A stretch of 64,000 nucleotides of DNA from the IMG/VR virus record IMGVR_UViG_3300045988_123906. The stretch is one strand, 5' to 3'. Source of the stretch: a virus. Below are positions 54,194 to 63,007 of this stretch, one piece after another (position 1 is the stretch's first letter; every line of letters begins with the position of its first letter). The notes beneath the pieces are model-generated. The model was not told the origin of the DNA. It saw only the letters and a program-made list of their open reading frames with translations, and ran no database searches. Both the position numbers and the translations under genes were made by a program.

Positions 54194-54577
54194 ATGGAAA
54201 AGAATCTGTTTGAAATCGCAACTCGTAATCGCTATCGCTTTAACTACAAGGGCGTTATGACCGTAGAGGATCTGTGGAGTCTGCGGGTCGAGGATCTGGA
54301 TGCCATCTTCAAGATGCTGAACCGTCAGAAGAAGACCGCCGATGAGGATTCTCTGCTGGCCACCAAGAGCGCCGAGGATCAGGATCTGGCCAATAAGATC
54401 GATATCGTCAGGTATATCGTGTCTGTCAAGCTGGCTGAGGCAGCGGAGCGTGTGTCTGCCGCAGAGAAGAAGGCACAGCGCGATAAGATCATGGAGATCG
54501 TGGCAAAGAAAAAGGATAAGGCGCTGGAAGACATGGGCATCGAGGATCTGATGAAGAAGCTGGAAGAGCTGAACTGA
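54194..54577 (+). CDS. hypothetical coiled-coil protein
   Basis: ATG 54194 follows AAAGGAG. 127 aa. Confidence 0.6.
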   Translation: MEKNLFEIATRNRYRFNYKGVMTVEDLWSLRVEDLDAIFKMLNRQKKTADEDSLLATKSAEDQDLANKIDIVRYIVSVKLAEAAERVSAAEKKAQRDKIMEIVAKKKDKALEDMGIEDLMKKLEELN

Positions 54578-54594
54578 GAAGGGGAGTATCAAAA

Positions 54595-55698
54595 ATGAAA
54601 GTTGTTGAAAGCGCAAGCAATCTGTTCCTGTATGGCGACGATATGAAGGCGTATGACAAGATCCCGGCGGGTACCTATGATATCCACTGTTCTGAGATGA
54701 CCGGTTTCTATCTGTCCCGCCGCCCTGATATGGTCATCAACGAAAAGGTGTATGGTGTCCAGAGCAGCAAGGTTGCCAAAGTGCTGAATTCGTTCAAAGT
54801 GTTCAACCGCAACCTGGGTGTCATCCTCAGCGGCAACAAAGGCATCGGCAAATCTCTGATCGCTAAGATGATTGCAATCGAGGCCGTCAAGCAGGGCTAT
54901 CCTGTCATTCTGGCTAACCGCTATATCGGCGGTATCGCCAATTTCATTGAATCCATCGATCAGGAAGTTATGATCCTGTTTGACGAGTTTGATAAAACCT
55001 TCAAGTCCCGGGATAATGAAAATCCGCAGGATACGATGCTGAGTCTGTTCGATGGCACCAGCGCGGGCAAAAAGCTCTTCGTTGTCACCTGTAACCAGCT
55101 CAATGGTCTGAACGATTATCTGGTCAACCGTCCCGGCCGCTTCCACTATCACTTCCGCTTCGATTACCCGGGCGCTGATGAGGTCGAAACCTACCTCAAG
55201 GATAAGCTCGAAGAGAAGTATTACGATCAGATCCCAGCTGTGGTCGATTTTTCTGGCAAGATCGATCTGAACTATGACTGCCTGCGGTCTATCGCCTTTG
55301 AATTGAATCTGGGCACTCCATTCGCAGAGGCCATCAAGGATCTGAATATCATCAATATGAACGAGACCAGCTACAAGCTCACTGTTATCTTCAAGGATGG
55401 TTACCGTGCGTCCAGCACCAAGCGTTTTGATATGTTCAATGGTGCACAGCGTATCTGTTTTGATGTCAAGCTGAAAGATGGCTACTGGCCTGATTTCTAT
55501 ATCAATACTGAGGATATCCAGTATAACCCCGCCAACGGTGAGCAGTTCATTGATGGAAAGAAGATTGATGTGGATAATCCGTATTCCAAGAGTGATGACG
55601 ATGAAAAGGATCGTTATGAAGCTTTTGAAAAGGACAACGGTGTGGTCAAAGTCATCATCTCTCGTACTCGTGAAAGAGACATTCACTACATGGTCTAA
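54595..55698 (+). CDS. AAA+ ATPase
   Basis: Walker A is GNKGIGKS, Walker B is MILFDEFD, and the sensor/Arg region is NRPGRFHYHF. 367 aa. Confidence 0.75.
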   Translation: MKVVESASNLFLYGDDMKAYDKIPAGTYDIHCSEMTGFYLSRRPDMVINEKVYGVQSSKVAKVLNSFKVFNRNLGVILSGNKGIGKSLIAKMIAIEAVKQGYPVILANRYIGGIANFIESIDQEVMILFDEFDKTFKSRDNENPQDTMLSLFDGTSAGKKLFVVTCNQLNGLNDYLVNRPGRFHYHFRFDYPGADEVETYLKDKLEEKYYDQIPAVVDFSGKIDLNYDCLRSIAFELNLGTPFAEAIKDLNIINMNETSYKLTVIFKDGYRASSTKRFDMFNGAQRICFDVKLKDGYWPDFYINTEDIQYNPANGEQFIDGKKIDVDNPYSKSDDDEKDRYEAFEKDNGVVKVIISRTRERDIHYMV

Positions 55699-55709
55699 GG
55701 AGGCTCAAT

Positions 55710-56537
55710 ATGGTTAAAGCAAATCATTATAAAATCAGTTCTTTTCCTGACGGTACTCCGCTGATCAAGAAGGATCTGACCATCAATTATCTCAACGTGA
55801 TCAGTATCGTCTGGACGTTTGAATCTATGGCCGAGCTTCCAACGGTCATTATGATCGCAAAGGATGCAAAGGATAACGGTGCAGAAGTTGAGCTGTTCAT
55901 GCCGTATATCCCGAACGCTCGTATGGATCGCGCCTATCACGACGAAGATGTGTTCACCCTCAAGTGGTTCGCTGACGAGATCAATCGGTGCGGATTCAGC
56001 TGCGTTACCGTGTTTGACCCTCACAGTGATGTGGCCCCGGCATTGATCAATCGGTGCGAAGTACATACTCCGATTCGTGAAATCTGTCAGGTAATCGAGG
56101 AGAGCAAGCCAGATGTGATCTATTTTCCGGATACCGGCGCAATGAAACGATATGAAGGGACTGTTCACTGGGCACTGGATCGAGCAAAGTGCAGTGCCTA
56201 TATCATCCATGGCGATAAAAAGCGGGACTGGGCAACGGGCAAAATTCTCGGTTTGGATGTTGTTGGTGAAGTGAAGCCTGGTGAAAAGGTTTTGATGATC
56301 GATGATATCTGTTCTTACGGTGGCACTATGTTCTATTCGGCCAAGAAGCTGAAGGAACTGGGTGCTGGTGATATCGATATGTATGTCAGCCACTGCGAAA
56401 ACAGCATTCTGGATTCTGAGCGTGGCCATCTGTTTGATGATCCAGAACTGATTCACAAGGTTTATACCACAGACAGTATCTTCACCGGCCATCACGACAA
56501 GATCACTGTTTTAGAGCGTCATTGGGGCGAGGACTGA
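55710..56537 (+). CDS. ribose-phosphate pyrophosphokinase (Prs) homolog; candidate ADPR-pyrophosphate synthetase (Adps) of an NARP1-type pathway
   Basis: PRPP-binding loop VLMIDDICSYGGT. N-terminus is Prs-like (SSFPDGTP). It is adjacent to the NAMPT homolog. Confidence 0.65.
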   Translation: MVKANHYKISSFPDGTPLIKKDLTINYLNVISIVWTFESMAELPTVIMIAKDAKDNGAEVELFMPYIPNARMDRAYHDEDVFTLKWFADEINRCGFSCVTVFDPHSDVAPALINRCEVHTPIREICQVIEESKPDVIYFPDTGAMKRYEGTVHWALDRAKCSAYIIHGDKKRDWATGKILGLDVVGEVKPGEKVLMIDDICSYGGTMFYSAKKLKELGAGDIDMYVSHCENSILDSERGHLFDDPELIHKVYTTDSIFTGHHDKITVLERHWGED

Positions 56538-56538
56538 T

Positions 56539-56796
56539 ATGAAGTATGCAAAAGGTGAAATCCTTAGTGCATATCAGCGCTTAACGAAAAGTATCAAATA
56601 TGGAGATGCATACTGGTCTGAAAAAGCAATGATAAGTGATGTTCTGAGTGATTACTTCAATCGGATCGAGAGCAAGAAAGTTGTAATCGATCCAAAATAT
56701 GAAAGCTATAGATGTCCAAAGTGCAATACAACGTTAATTGGTCAATATGATCACTATTGCGGACAATGTGGTCAGAAATTGGACTGGAGGATTTGA
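56539..56796 (+). CDS. small zinc-ribbon protein
   Basis: Contains CPKCNT...CGQCGQ. 85 aa. Confidence 0.55.
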   Translation: MKYAKGEILSAYQRLTKSIKYGDAYWSEKAMISDVLSDYFNRIESKKVVIDPKYESYRCPKCNTTLIGQYDHYCGQCGQKLDWRI

Positions 56797-56797
56797 A

Positions 56798-58276
56798 ATG
56801 ATCAATATCAACCCGATGCTGCTGTGCGATTTCTACAAGACGACTCACAGTAAGCAGTTTCCGGCCGGCACTACCAAGCTGGTCAGTTATTTTACTCCAC
56901 GCATGAGCCGACTGGATGGCGTGGATGAAGTCGTTGTGTTCGGCATTCAGGCGTTCTGCAAGGATTATCTGGTACGATATTTCAACGACAATTTCTTCGA
57001 CGAACCAAAGTGTATTGTAGTTCCTCAGTACAAGCGTGTCCTGGATGCGACCATTGGTAAGGATGCTTACGATCTAAGCAAGATTGCAGCGCTACATGAT
57101 CTGGGATATCTTCCTGTTGAAATCAAGGCACTGCCAGAAGGTACTCGTTGCCCAATCCATGTGCCGTTTCTGGAGATGAGCAATACGCATCCTGATTTCG
57201 CATGGGTTCCGCAGTTCCTCGAATCTTTTATGAGTTCTGAGCTGTGGCATCCAATGATTTCTGCAACGGTCGGAACTCTGTATCGCGATATTGTGGACAA
57301 GTATTACGATGAAACCGTTGAGGATGGCGTGCCTCATGCTCGTGCTTTGGGTGATTTCAGTTTCCGTGGTCAGGAGTGTATGCAGTCGGCAGTTAAGTCA
57401 AGCGCCGGTTGGTGTCTGAGTTTTCTGAATACGGCTACTGTCCCTGCGATTCCGTATCTGGAAGAAATGTATCGCTGCAATTGCGAAGAAGAGCCCGTTG
57501 CGTTTGGCGCTGTCAGTACCGAGCATAGTGTGATGTGTTCTAACTTCGCTGTCGATGGCGACGAGATCACTTTCATCCGCCGGGCGCTGACGGAGCTGTA
57601 TCCCAATATGAGCTTCAGTATGGTGTCTGATTCCTACGACTACTGGAATCTGGTCGATAATATCCTGCCGCAGCTCAAGGATGAAATCATGGCTCATAAT
57701 GGTACGCTGCTGATCCGTGGCGACTCTGGCGAACCGGTCGAAATCGTCACGCAGACGGTCTATCATCTGTGGGATATCTTCGGCGGCACAGTCAACAGTA
57801 AGGGCTACAAGGTGCTCGATCCTCATGTGAAGGCTCTGTACGGCGATTCCATCACTGTGCAGCGCTGCGAAAAGATTTATGCCGAACTCAAAGCACACGG
57901 TTTCGCCTGCAACAATGTCAGCCTGGGTGTTGGCTCTTTCTCTATGCAGTGCATCGAGCAGAATGGCCAGTTGAAGCCGTTCACTCGCGATACGTTCGGC
58001 ATGGCAGTCAAGGCAACTTATGGCGTGGTCAACGGCAAAGAGATTCAGATCTTCAAGGACCCCAAGACCGACACCGATCATTTTAAGAAGAGTCTGAAGG
58101 GTATGTGTTATGTCACTAAGGATGATTCTGGAAAGCTGGTTTGTACTGATGGTCTGATGGATCACGCTGCTCATTCGGATGGTAACCTGTTGCAAACCGT
58201 ATTCCGTAATGGCGCGATGGTCAAGGAGTACAGTTTAAAGGAAGTTCGTGAGCGACTGTGGGGAGGGAAGTTCTAA
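56798..58276 (+). CDS. nicotinamide phosphoribosyltransferase (NAMPT/NadV) homolog; candidate Namat of an NARP1-type pathway
   Basis: The N-terminus NPMLLCDFYKTTH is typical of the NAMPT/NAPRT family. About 492 aa from ATG 56798. Confidence 0.7.
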   Translation: MININPMLLCDFYKTTHSKQFPAGTTKLVSYFTPRMSRLDGVDEVVVFGIQAFCKDYLVRYFNDNFFDEPKCIVVPQYKRVLDATIGKDAYDLSKIAALHDLGYLPVEIKALPEGTRCPIHVPFLEMSNTHPDFAWVPQFLESFMSSELWHPMISATVGTLYRDIVDKYYDETVEDGVPHARALGDFSFRGQECMQSAVKSSAGWCLSFLNTATVPAIPYLEEMYRCNCEEEPVAFGAVSTEHSVMCSNFAVDGDEITFIRRALTELYPNMSFSMVSDSYDYWNLVDNILPQLKDEIMAHNGTLLIRGDSGEPVEIVTQTVYHLWDIFGGTVNSKGYKVLDPHVKALYGDSITVQRCEKIYAELKAHGFACNNVSLGVGSFSMQCIEQNGQLKPFTRDTFGMAVKATYGVVNGKEIQIFKDPKTDTDHFKKSLKGMCYVTKDDSGKLVCTDGLMDHAAHSDGNLLQTVFRNGAMVKEYSLKEVRERLWGGKF

Positions 58277-58749
58277 TGGCTGTTGTAATCAAAGAAGGTA
58301 ATGTGTTTGATTCTGACGCTAAGATCATCTGTCATCAGGTGAATTGTCAGGGCGTTATGGGGTCTGGTGTTGCCAAAGAAGTTCGTGAGCGGTATCCAAA
58401 GGTGTACGAGAAATATCACACTTACTGCGAAAGCAACAAGGATTGTCCTGAACGAATGCTGGGTGTCGCTCAGATGGTTCCAGTTGATGAAAAAGGTTCT
58501 CGATGGATCGTCAATTGCTTCGGTCAGAACAGTTATGGATATGACGGAAAGCAGTACACGTCTGTTGGCGCACTGTTTGAAGCATTCAAAGAAGTGGCCA
58601 AAATCGCCAAGGCATCAGGAGTTAAAGTAGCTATGCCGTATGGAATCGGCTGTGTTCGTGGCGGCGCAAAATGGCTGCTTGTGAAAGAAATTATCGATTT
58701 TACATTTAAAGACGTTGACGTGGAACTGTGGAAACTGGAGGGTAAATAA
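58276..58749 (+). CDS. macro domain protein (ADP-ribose binding/hydrolase type)
   Basis: Contains KEGNVFDSDAKIICHQVNCQGVMGSGVAKEV, typical of macro domains. TAATG overlap upstream. Confidence 0.65.
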   Translation: MAVVIKEGNVFDSDAKIICHQVNCQGVMGSGVAKEVRERYPKVYEKYHTYCESNKDCPERMLGVAQMVPVDEKGSRWIVNCFGQNSYGYDGKQYTSVGALFEAFKEVAKIAKASGVKVAMPYGIGCVRGGAKWLLVKEIIDFTFKDVDVELWKLEGK

Positions 58750-58750
58750 T

Positions 58751-59515
58751 ATGCGCAAGTATGAATTTGACGCAGCAAAAACCAAGGATGAAATCGTCGA
58801 GTGGATTCGGAACTATTTCCGCAAGAATGGCCCCGACTGTAATGCGGTGATCGGTATCTCTGGTGGCAAGGATTCCAGTATCGTGGCTGCTCTGTGCTGT
58901 GAAGCGCTGGGCAATGGCCGTGTAATCGGTGTTTTGATGCCCCAGGGTGCTCAGAGTGATATCGATGTGGCACGGGAACTGGTCGCCCATCTGGGTATCA
59001 AGTCCTTCGAGATCAATATTGCGGAAACTGTGAATGCGCTGCTGGCCAATGGACGGGCAGCTGGTCTGTGCGATTCCAAGCAGGCTCGTGTGAATCTGCC
59101 GGCACGAATTCGTATGGCGACTTTGTTCATGGTGAGTCAGAGTATGAATGGGCGAGTAGCTAACACTTGCAACGCTTCAGAAAATTTCGTCGGATGGCAA
59201 ACTGTGGGAGGGGATGGATTTGGTCAGTTCAGTCCTCTCAGTAAGCTGACTGTCACTGAGGTAAAAGCCGTTGGTCGTGAGTTGGGTCTTCCTGAAAAGT
59301 TCATCGAGAAAGCGCCTGCAGATGGACTGACTGGCAAAACCGACGAGGATAATTTCGGCTTTACCTATGACTTCCTCGACAAGTACATTCGCACTGGTGA
59401 TTTCGGCGGTGACACTGCAACTGCAGCCAAGATCGATCGAATGCACGATGCGAACGCATTCAAACTGTTGCCGATGCCTGTGTATAAATCTAATTTTTAC
59501 AAGGTTGAGTGGTAA
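58751..59515 (+). CDS. nadE: NH3-dependent NAD+ synthetase
   Basis: The PP-loop is GISGGKDSS. At 254 aa it is the size of NadE. Confidence 0.75.
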   Translation: MRKYEFDAAKTKDEIVEWIRNYFRKNGPDCNAVIGISGGKDSSIVAALCCEALGNGRVIGVLMPQGAQSDIDVARELVAHLGIKSFEINIAETVNALLANGRAAGLCDSKQARVNLPARIRMATLFMVSQSMNGRVANTCNASENFVGWQTVGGDGFGQFSPLSKLTVTEVKAVGRELGLPEKFIEKAPADGLTGKTDEDNFGFTYDFLDKYIRTGDFGGDTATAAKIDRMHDANAFKLLPMPVYKSNFYKVEW

Positions 59516-59527
59516 GGGAGAGTTTTT

Positions 59528-60094
59528 ATGGGAAAAGAAAAAGTTGATGTTCTGATCGTTGTCGATATGCAGAACGATTTTGTCACCGGTCCGCTGGGTA
59601 CTCCTGAAGCGCAGGCCATTGTGCCGAAGGTTGTGGAGAAGATCAAGAACTGGAAGGGTGAAATTCTGTATACCAGAGATACTCACCATGAAAACTATCT
59701 CGAAACGCAGGAAGGCAAGCATCTTCCAGTGAAGCATTGTTTGTTCGGGACAAGTGGCTGGCAGCTTGTGAATGAAGTTGATGAAACGATTTCTGACGAG
59801 CAATGGTGTGAAGATAACCCGATTTATGATAAACACACTTTTGGATCGGCTGGGCTGGCGGATGATCTTGTATTTTTCAACAACAAAGAAAACTGCGAAA
59901 TCACTTCCATCACGTTGGTCGGCCTCTGCACTGATATCTGCGTTATCTCGAATGCGCTTCTGCTCAAGGCCGCACTTCCCGAAGTCCCTATCATTGTGGA
60001 TGCAAGTTGCTGTGCCGGTGTGACTCCTGAGTCCCACAAGAATGCACTGGCAGCTATGAAGATGTGCCAGATTGAGATCGTGAACGAGGAATAA
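59528..60094 (+). CDS. pncA: nicotinamidase / isochorismatase-family hydrolase
   Basis: Contains VVDMQNDF and LVGLCTDICV (catalytic Cys context). 188 aa. Confidence 0.7.
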   Translation: MGKEKVDVLIVVDMQNDFVTGPLGTPEAQAIVPKVVEKIKNWKGEILYTRDTHHENYLETQEGKHLPVKHCLFGTSGWQLVNEVDETISDEQWCEDNPIYDKHTFGSAGLADDLVFFNNKENCEITSITLVGLCTDICVISNALLLKAALPEVPIIVDASCCAGVTPESHKNALAAMKMCQIEIVNEE

Positions 60095-60095
60095 A

Positions 60096-60284
60096 ATGCA
60101 CTACGTTAATAGCGATATTATTTTGGACGCAGACGAAGCAAGACGGTTTCAGTATCTTCTAAGGCATCCAAACGTAGAGGAAATACAAAGGAAGTTAAAG
60201 GCTTGTAACGATGCTCTCGCTGAAATGAATTATCGAGAGAACGAAGACGGGACCGCTTCTTTTGATATTGATCTTGAGGTGTAA
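60096..60284 (+). CDS. hypothetical protein
   Basis: 62-aa ORF. Confidence 0.5.
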   Translation: MHYVNSDIILDADEARRFQYLLRHPNVEEIQRKLKACNDALAEMNYRENEDGTASFDIDLEV

Positions 60285-60287
60285 ATC

Positions 60288-60443
60288 ATGCGCTGCCGAG
60301 TAGATGTGAAAGTCGAAGGATACATTCTGGTTGAAGCAAACGATCCTTTTGAAGCTCATAAAATCGCAGACATGCACCAAGAAGATATCGTTTGGGACAA
60401 CTGGATGACATCCACAAGCTGTAAAAAGATTCAAGGAGCTTAA
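60288..60443 (+). CDS. small hypothetical protein (51 aa)
   Basis: Product begins MRCRVDVKVEGYILVEANDPFEAHKIADMH... Below the track cutoff. Confidence 0.4.
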   Translation: MRCRVDVKVEGYILVEANDPFEAHKIADMHQEDIVWDNWMTSTSCKKIQGA

Positions 60444-60481
60444 TATGGAAGAGATTATTATTTTCGCTTAAAGTCTGAATG

Positions 60482-60519
60482 CCAGGTGATTGGCGGTACT
60501 GGGGCAGACATAACCGCCG
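60482..60519 (+). ncRNA. pseudoknot motif copy 4
   Basis: CCAG-GTGAT-[TGGCGGT]-A-CTGG-GGCAGACATA-[ACCGCCG]. The 5' CCAG pairs with the loop CTGG. It lies 23 nt upstream of ATG 60542. Confidence 0.6.
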
Positions 60520-60541
60520 CCAGAATAATTTGCAAAGGAGA

Positions 60542-61108
60542 ATGGATATGAACGAAGAAATCAAAAAGAAACAGGACGAGCTCAAGGGCGAGATCTATGA
60601 AGACTTGAAGAAATATCTGCCGTGGGGTGATTATCTCAAACTCACACAATGGCTGAACGAACATGAGTTTTGGTTGGCTCCTGCGTCTACAAAATATCAT
60701 GGCTCTCATCCATGTGGTTTGGCCGAGCATAGCATTGCCGTTGTAAAGGCTCTTGTTTTGTTGACAGATAAATTAGGACTGAAATGGGAAAATCCACGCT
60801 CTCCGTATCTAATTGGGCTGCTGCATGACGTTTGCAAAACAGATCAGTATCTTTTTATTCCGGATAAAGGAACATATGAGTATCTGAATGACTCTATTTT
60901 CAGTCATCACGGTGAGAAGTCGATCTGTATGCTGGCAAGCATCATCACTCTGACTGAGGAAGAAGTCGCGTGTATCCGCTGGCACATGGGCGCATATGAA
61001 ACCGACACCAATGAGTGGAAGTATTACGGCAATGCCATTGCAAAGTACCCCAATGTACTGTGGACGCACACTGCCGATATGATGGCCAGCCATATTGATG
61101 GTGTATAA
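60542..61108 (+). CDS. HD-domain phosphohydrolase
   Basis: Shows the H...HD pattern (AEHSIAV, GLLHDVCK) with later His residues. 188 aa from ATG 60542. Confidence 0.65.
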   Translation: MDMNEEIKKKQDELKGEIYEDLKKYLPWGDYLKLTQWLNEHEFWLAPASTKYHGSHPCGLAEHSIAVVKALVLLTDKLGLKWENPRSPYLIGLLHDVCKTDQYLFIPDKGTYEYLNDSIFSHHGEKSICMLASIITLTEEEVACIRWHMGAYETDTNEWKYYGNAIAKYPNVLWTHTADMMASHIDGV

Positions 61109-61120
61109 GGAGGAATTACA

Positions 61121-61399
61121 ATGTCGCCCTGTTTGATGTGCGCCGAAAAGAACTGTCACAACTGTCCATGTGCAATCTGTGAGGTCGTCAATGGCAAGCT
61201 GCAGGATAATTTTGTAATGCAGACAGCAATGAAGAATAAAGCGGACTGCAAGAAATTCATGGTGCGTCTTTCAGTAGAGCTTCAGCAAATCGGCCAGATG
61301 AAATCCAGGAGCTGGACGGATAAAAACAACTGGCGCGGGTTCCCGGCGGGCTGGTTCAAGCATGATGATCTGGTTTCGTGGTTGCTCTGTCATTGTTAA
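61121..61399 (+). CDS. Cys-rich small protein
   Basis: Begins MSPCLMCAEKNCHNCPCAIC... 92 aa. Confidence 0.55.
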   Translation: MSPCLMCAEKNCHNCPCAICEVVNGKLQDNFVMQTAMKNKADCKKFMVRLSVELQQIGQMKSRSWTDKNNWRGFPAGWFKHDDLVSWLLCHC

Positions 61400-61413
61400 A
61401 AGGAGATGGCAAG

Positions 61414-61584
61414 ATGGGATACACAGTATATATTACAGCAAATCGCTATTACGAAGTACATATCAAGGATGCAAAAGATACAGACGATGCAATGCAGCAG
61501 GCTTTGGAAAAGTATGATAACGGAGAGCTCGAAAGCTATGAGGACGAGTTTGAATCAGCGTTCGCGGAATCGGAGGATGATTGA
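61414..61584 (+). CDS. small acidic protein
   Basis: ATG 61414 follows AAAGGAG. 56 aa. Confidence 0.5.
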   Translation: MGYTVYITANRYYEVHIKDAKDTDDAMQQALEKYDNGELESYEDEFESAFAESEDD

Positions 61585-61899
61585 TTGGCAAGCAAGTGGC
61601 AAACCTGTCGGCTATCAGAAACTCAGGATCGTCGGGTGAAGTTGACCAAGGCCAAAAAGGAAGAAATCGCCCGTAAGTTTGAAACCGGTGAATACTCACT
61701 CCGGGGTCTAGCGCGGGAGTATAACGTCTCGCACAAAACGATTTCGCTCATTGTCGATCAGCGGGCAAAACGAAAGAACGATGAATACAACAGAACACAC
61801 TGGATGTATTATCGTCCGGATGTAGAAACAATGCGGGAAGCGCACCGAAGATCAAAAGAATATAAAAAGCGACTGTACGAAAGAGGAGAGTTGAAATAA
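61585..61899 (+). CDS. helix-turn-helix DNA-binding protein
   Basis: TTG start follows GGAGGA. Contains YSLRGLAREYNVSHKTISLIV, which is HTH-like. 104 aa. Confidence 0.55.
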   Translation: MASKWQTCRLSETQDRRVKLTKAKKEEIARKFETGEYSLRGLAREYNVSHKTISLIVDQRAKRKNDEYNRTHWMYYRPDVETMREAHRRSKEYKKRLYERGELK

Positions 61900-62477
61900 T
61901 GGGACAGCGGTTGGTGATTACGGTCCATGCGTTTGACGAGGATATCGCCACGATCTATTATCACTGGTCTGCATATACAACCAGCGCACTGGACGAAGCT
62001 CAGAAGATCCTTAAAAATGTCAAATGGGAAGATACCACGTCAAAGGATGAATTGATCCTGCGTATCGTTCGCTTCATGGAATCCAATGGAGGCTGTATCG
62101 ATTTTGAGGATAAGCCGGAGTTCAATAAGCGTTTCCCGAATGTTGAGTTTAAGGACGATGGCTCCCGCAACGATGGTCTTGTTGCAATCTCTGAGCAGGT
62201 AATGGACAAGCAAAAATACTGGTCTGAGGGCGATTTGACCATTGATTTTGATAACGAAATGATTTGTAACTCGGTTTTCTGGTGGTATGATTCGGACGAC
62301 TCTCTTCGAGATGAACTTGGCGAGGATTGCGATATTGATTTTGACACTATTCCAGAGCTCGAGATCGATCCTGGCGAATTCTCGTTCGATGATCTTACAT
62401 ATATGATTAAGACGTTTACAGATGGCTATAGTTATCATCGCTATCATGGGGAAATCTGGGAAAGTATTGATGGTTGA
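61899..62477 (+). CDS. hypothetical protein
   Basis: 192-aa ORF with a TAATG overlap. Confidence 0.65.
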   Translation: MGQRLVITVHAFDEDIATIYYHWSAYTTSALDEAQKILKNVKWEDTTSKDELILRIVRFMESNGGCIDFEDKPEFNKRFPNVEFKDDGSRNDGLVAISEQVMDKQKYWSEGDLTIDFDNEMICNSVFWWYDSDDSLRDELGEDCDIDFDTIPELEIDPGEFSFDDLTYMIKTFTDGYSYHRYHGEIWESIDG

Positions 62478-62489
62478 GTGAGGTGAGTT

Positions 62490-63005
62490 ATGATTACAAT
62501 GTATCGCGGTAAATGGAAGTTTTCTGTGATGAGCGCCGACGAAGCAGAAGACTTTATTCGGCAGCCACATTCTGAACGAATCCGATTTATCTCTATCACT
62601 GAAGCTAATGGCTATCATATTGATTTTCAGAAATGCGAAGGAAACATCACGTTCTTGCCACTGAAGTTTGATGATTGCACCACTGATCTGGAGGGTACAT
62701 GTATTACGGGTGTTCAAGCTAGGAATATTGTGAAATTTGTCTTGGATAACCACGAAGCAGATAAGACCGATTGGTTCTGTGTGAATTGCGCTGCTGGCGT
62801 ATCGAGATCTGCCGCTGTGTGCGCTGCTATCATGAGGATTCTGTGTAATGACGATATGCCGGTATTCACCAACAGTCATTTTTGTCCGAATATGACAGTG
62901 TATCGTGAAGTGCTCAATGCTTGGATCGATAAATTGTCGGATGATGGCGAAAATACATCTCAAGAAATTTGGAATTCAACGAATCCGAATCTGATTGGAG
63001 AATAA
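62490..63005 (+). CDS. dual-specificity/Cys-based protein phosphatase-like
   Basis: The CX5R(S/T) signature is present as VNCAAGVSRSAAV. 171 aa. Confidence 0.6.
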   Translation: MITMYRGKWKFSVMSADEAEDFIRQPHSERIRFISITEANGYHIDFQKCEGNITFLPLKFDDCTTDLEGTCITGVQARNIVKFVLDNHEADKTDWFCVNCAAGVSRSAAVCAAIMRILCNDDMPVFTNSHFCPNMTVYREVLNAWIDKLSDDGENTSQEIWNSTNPNLIGE

Positions 63006-63007
63006 AT

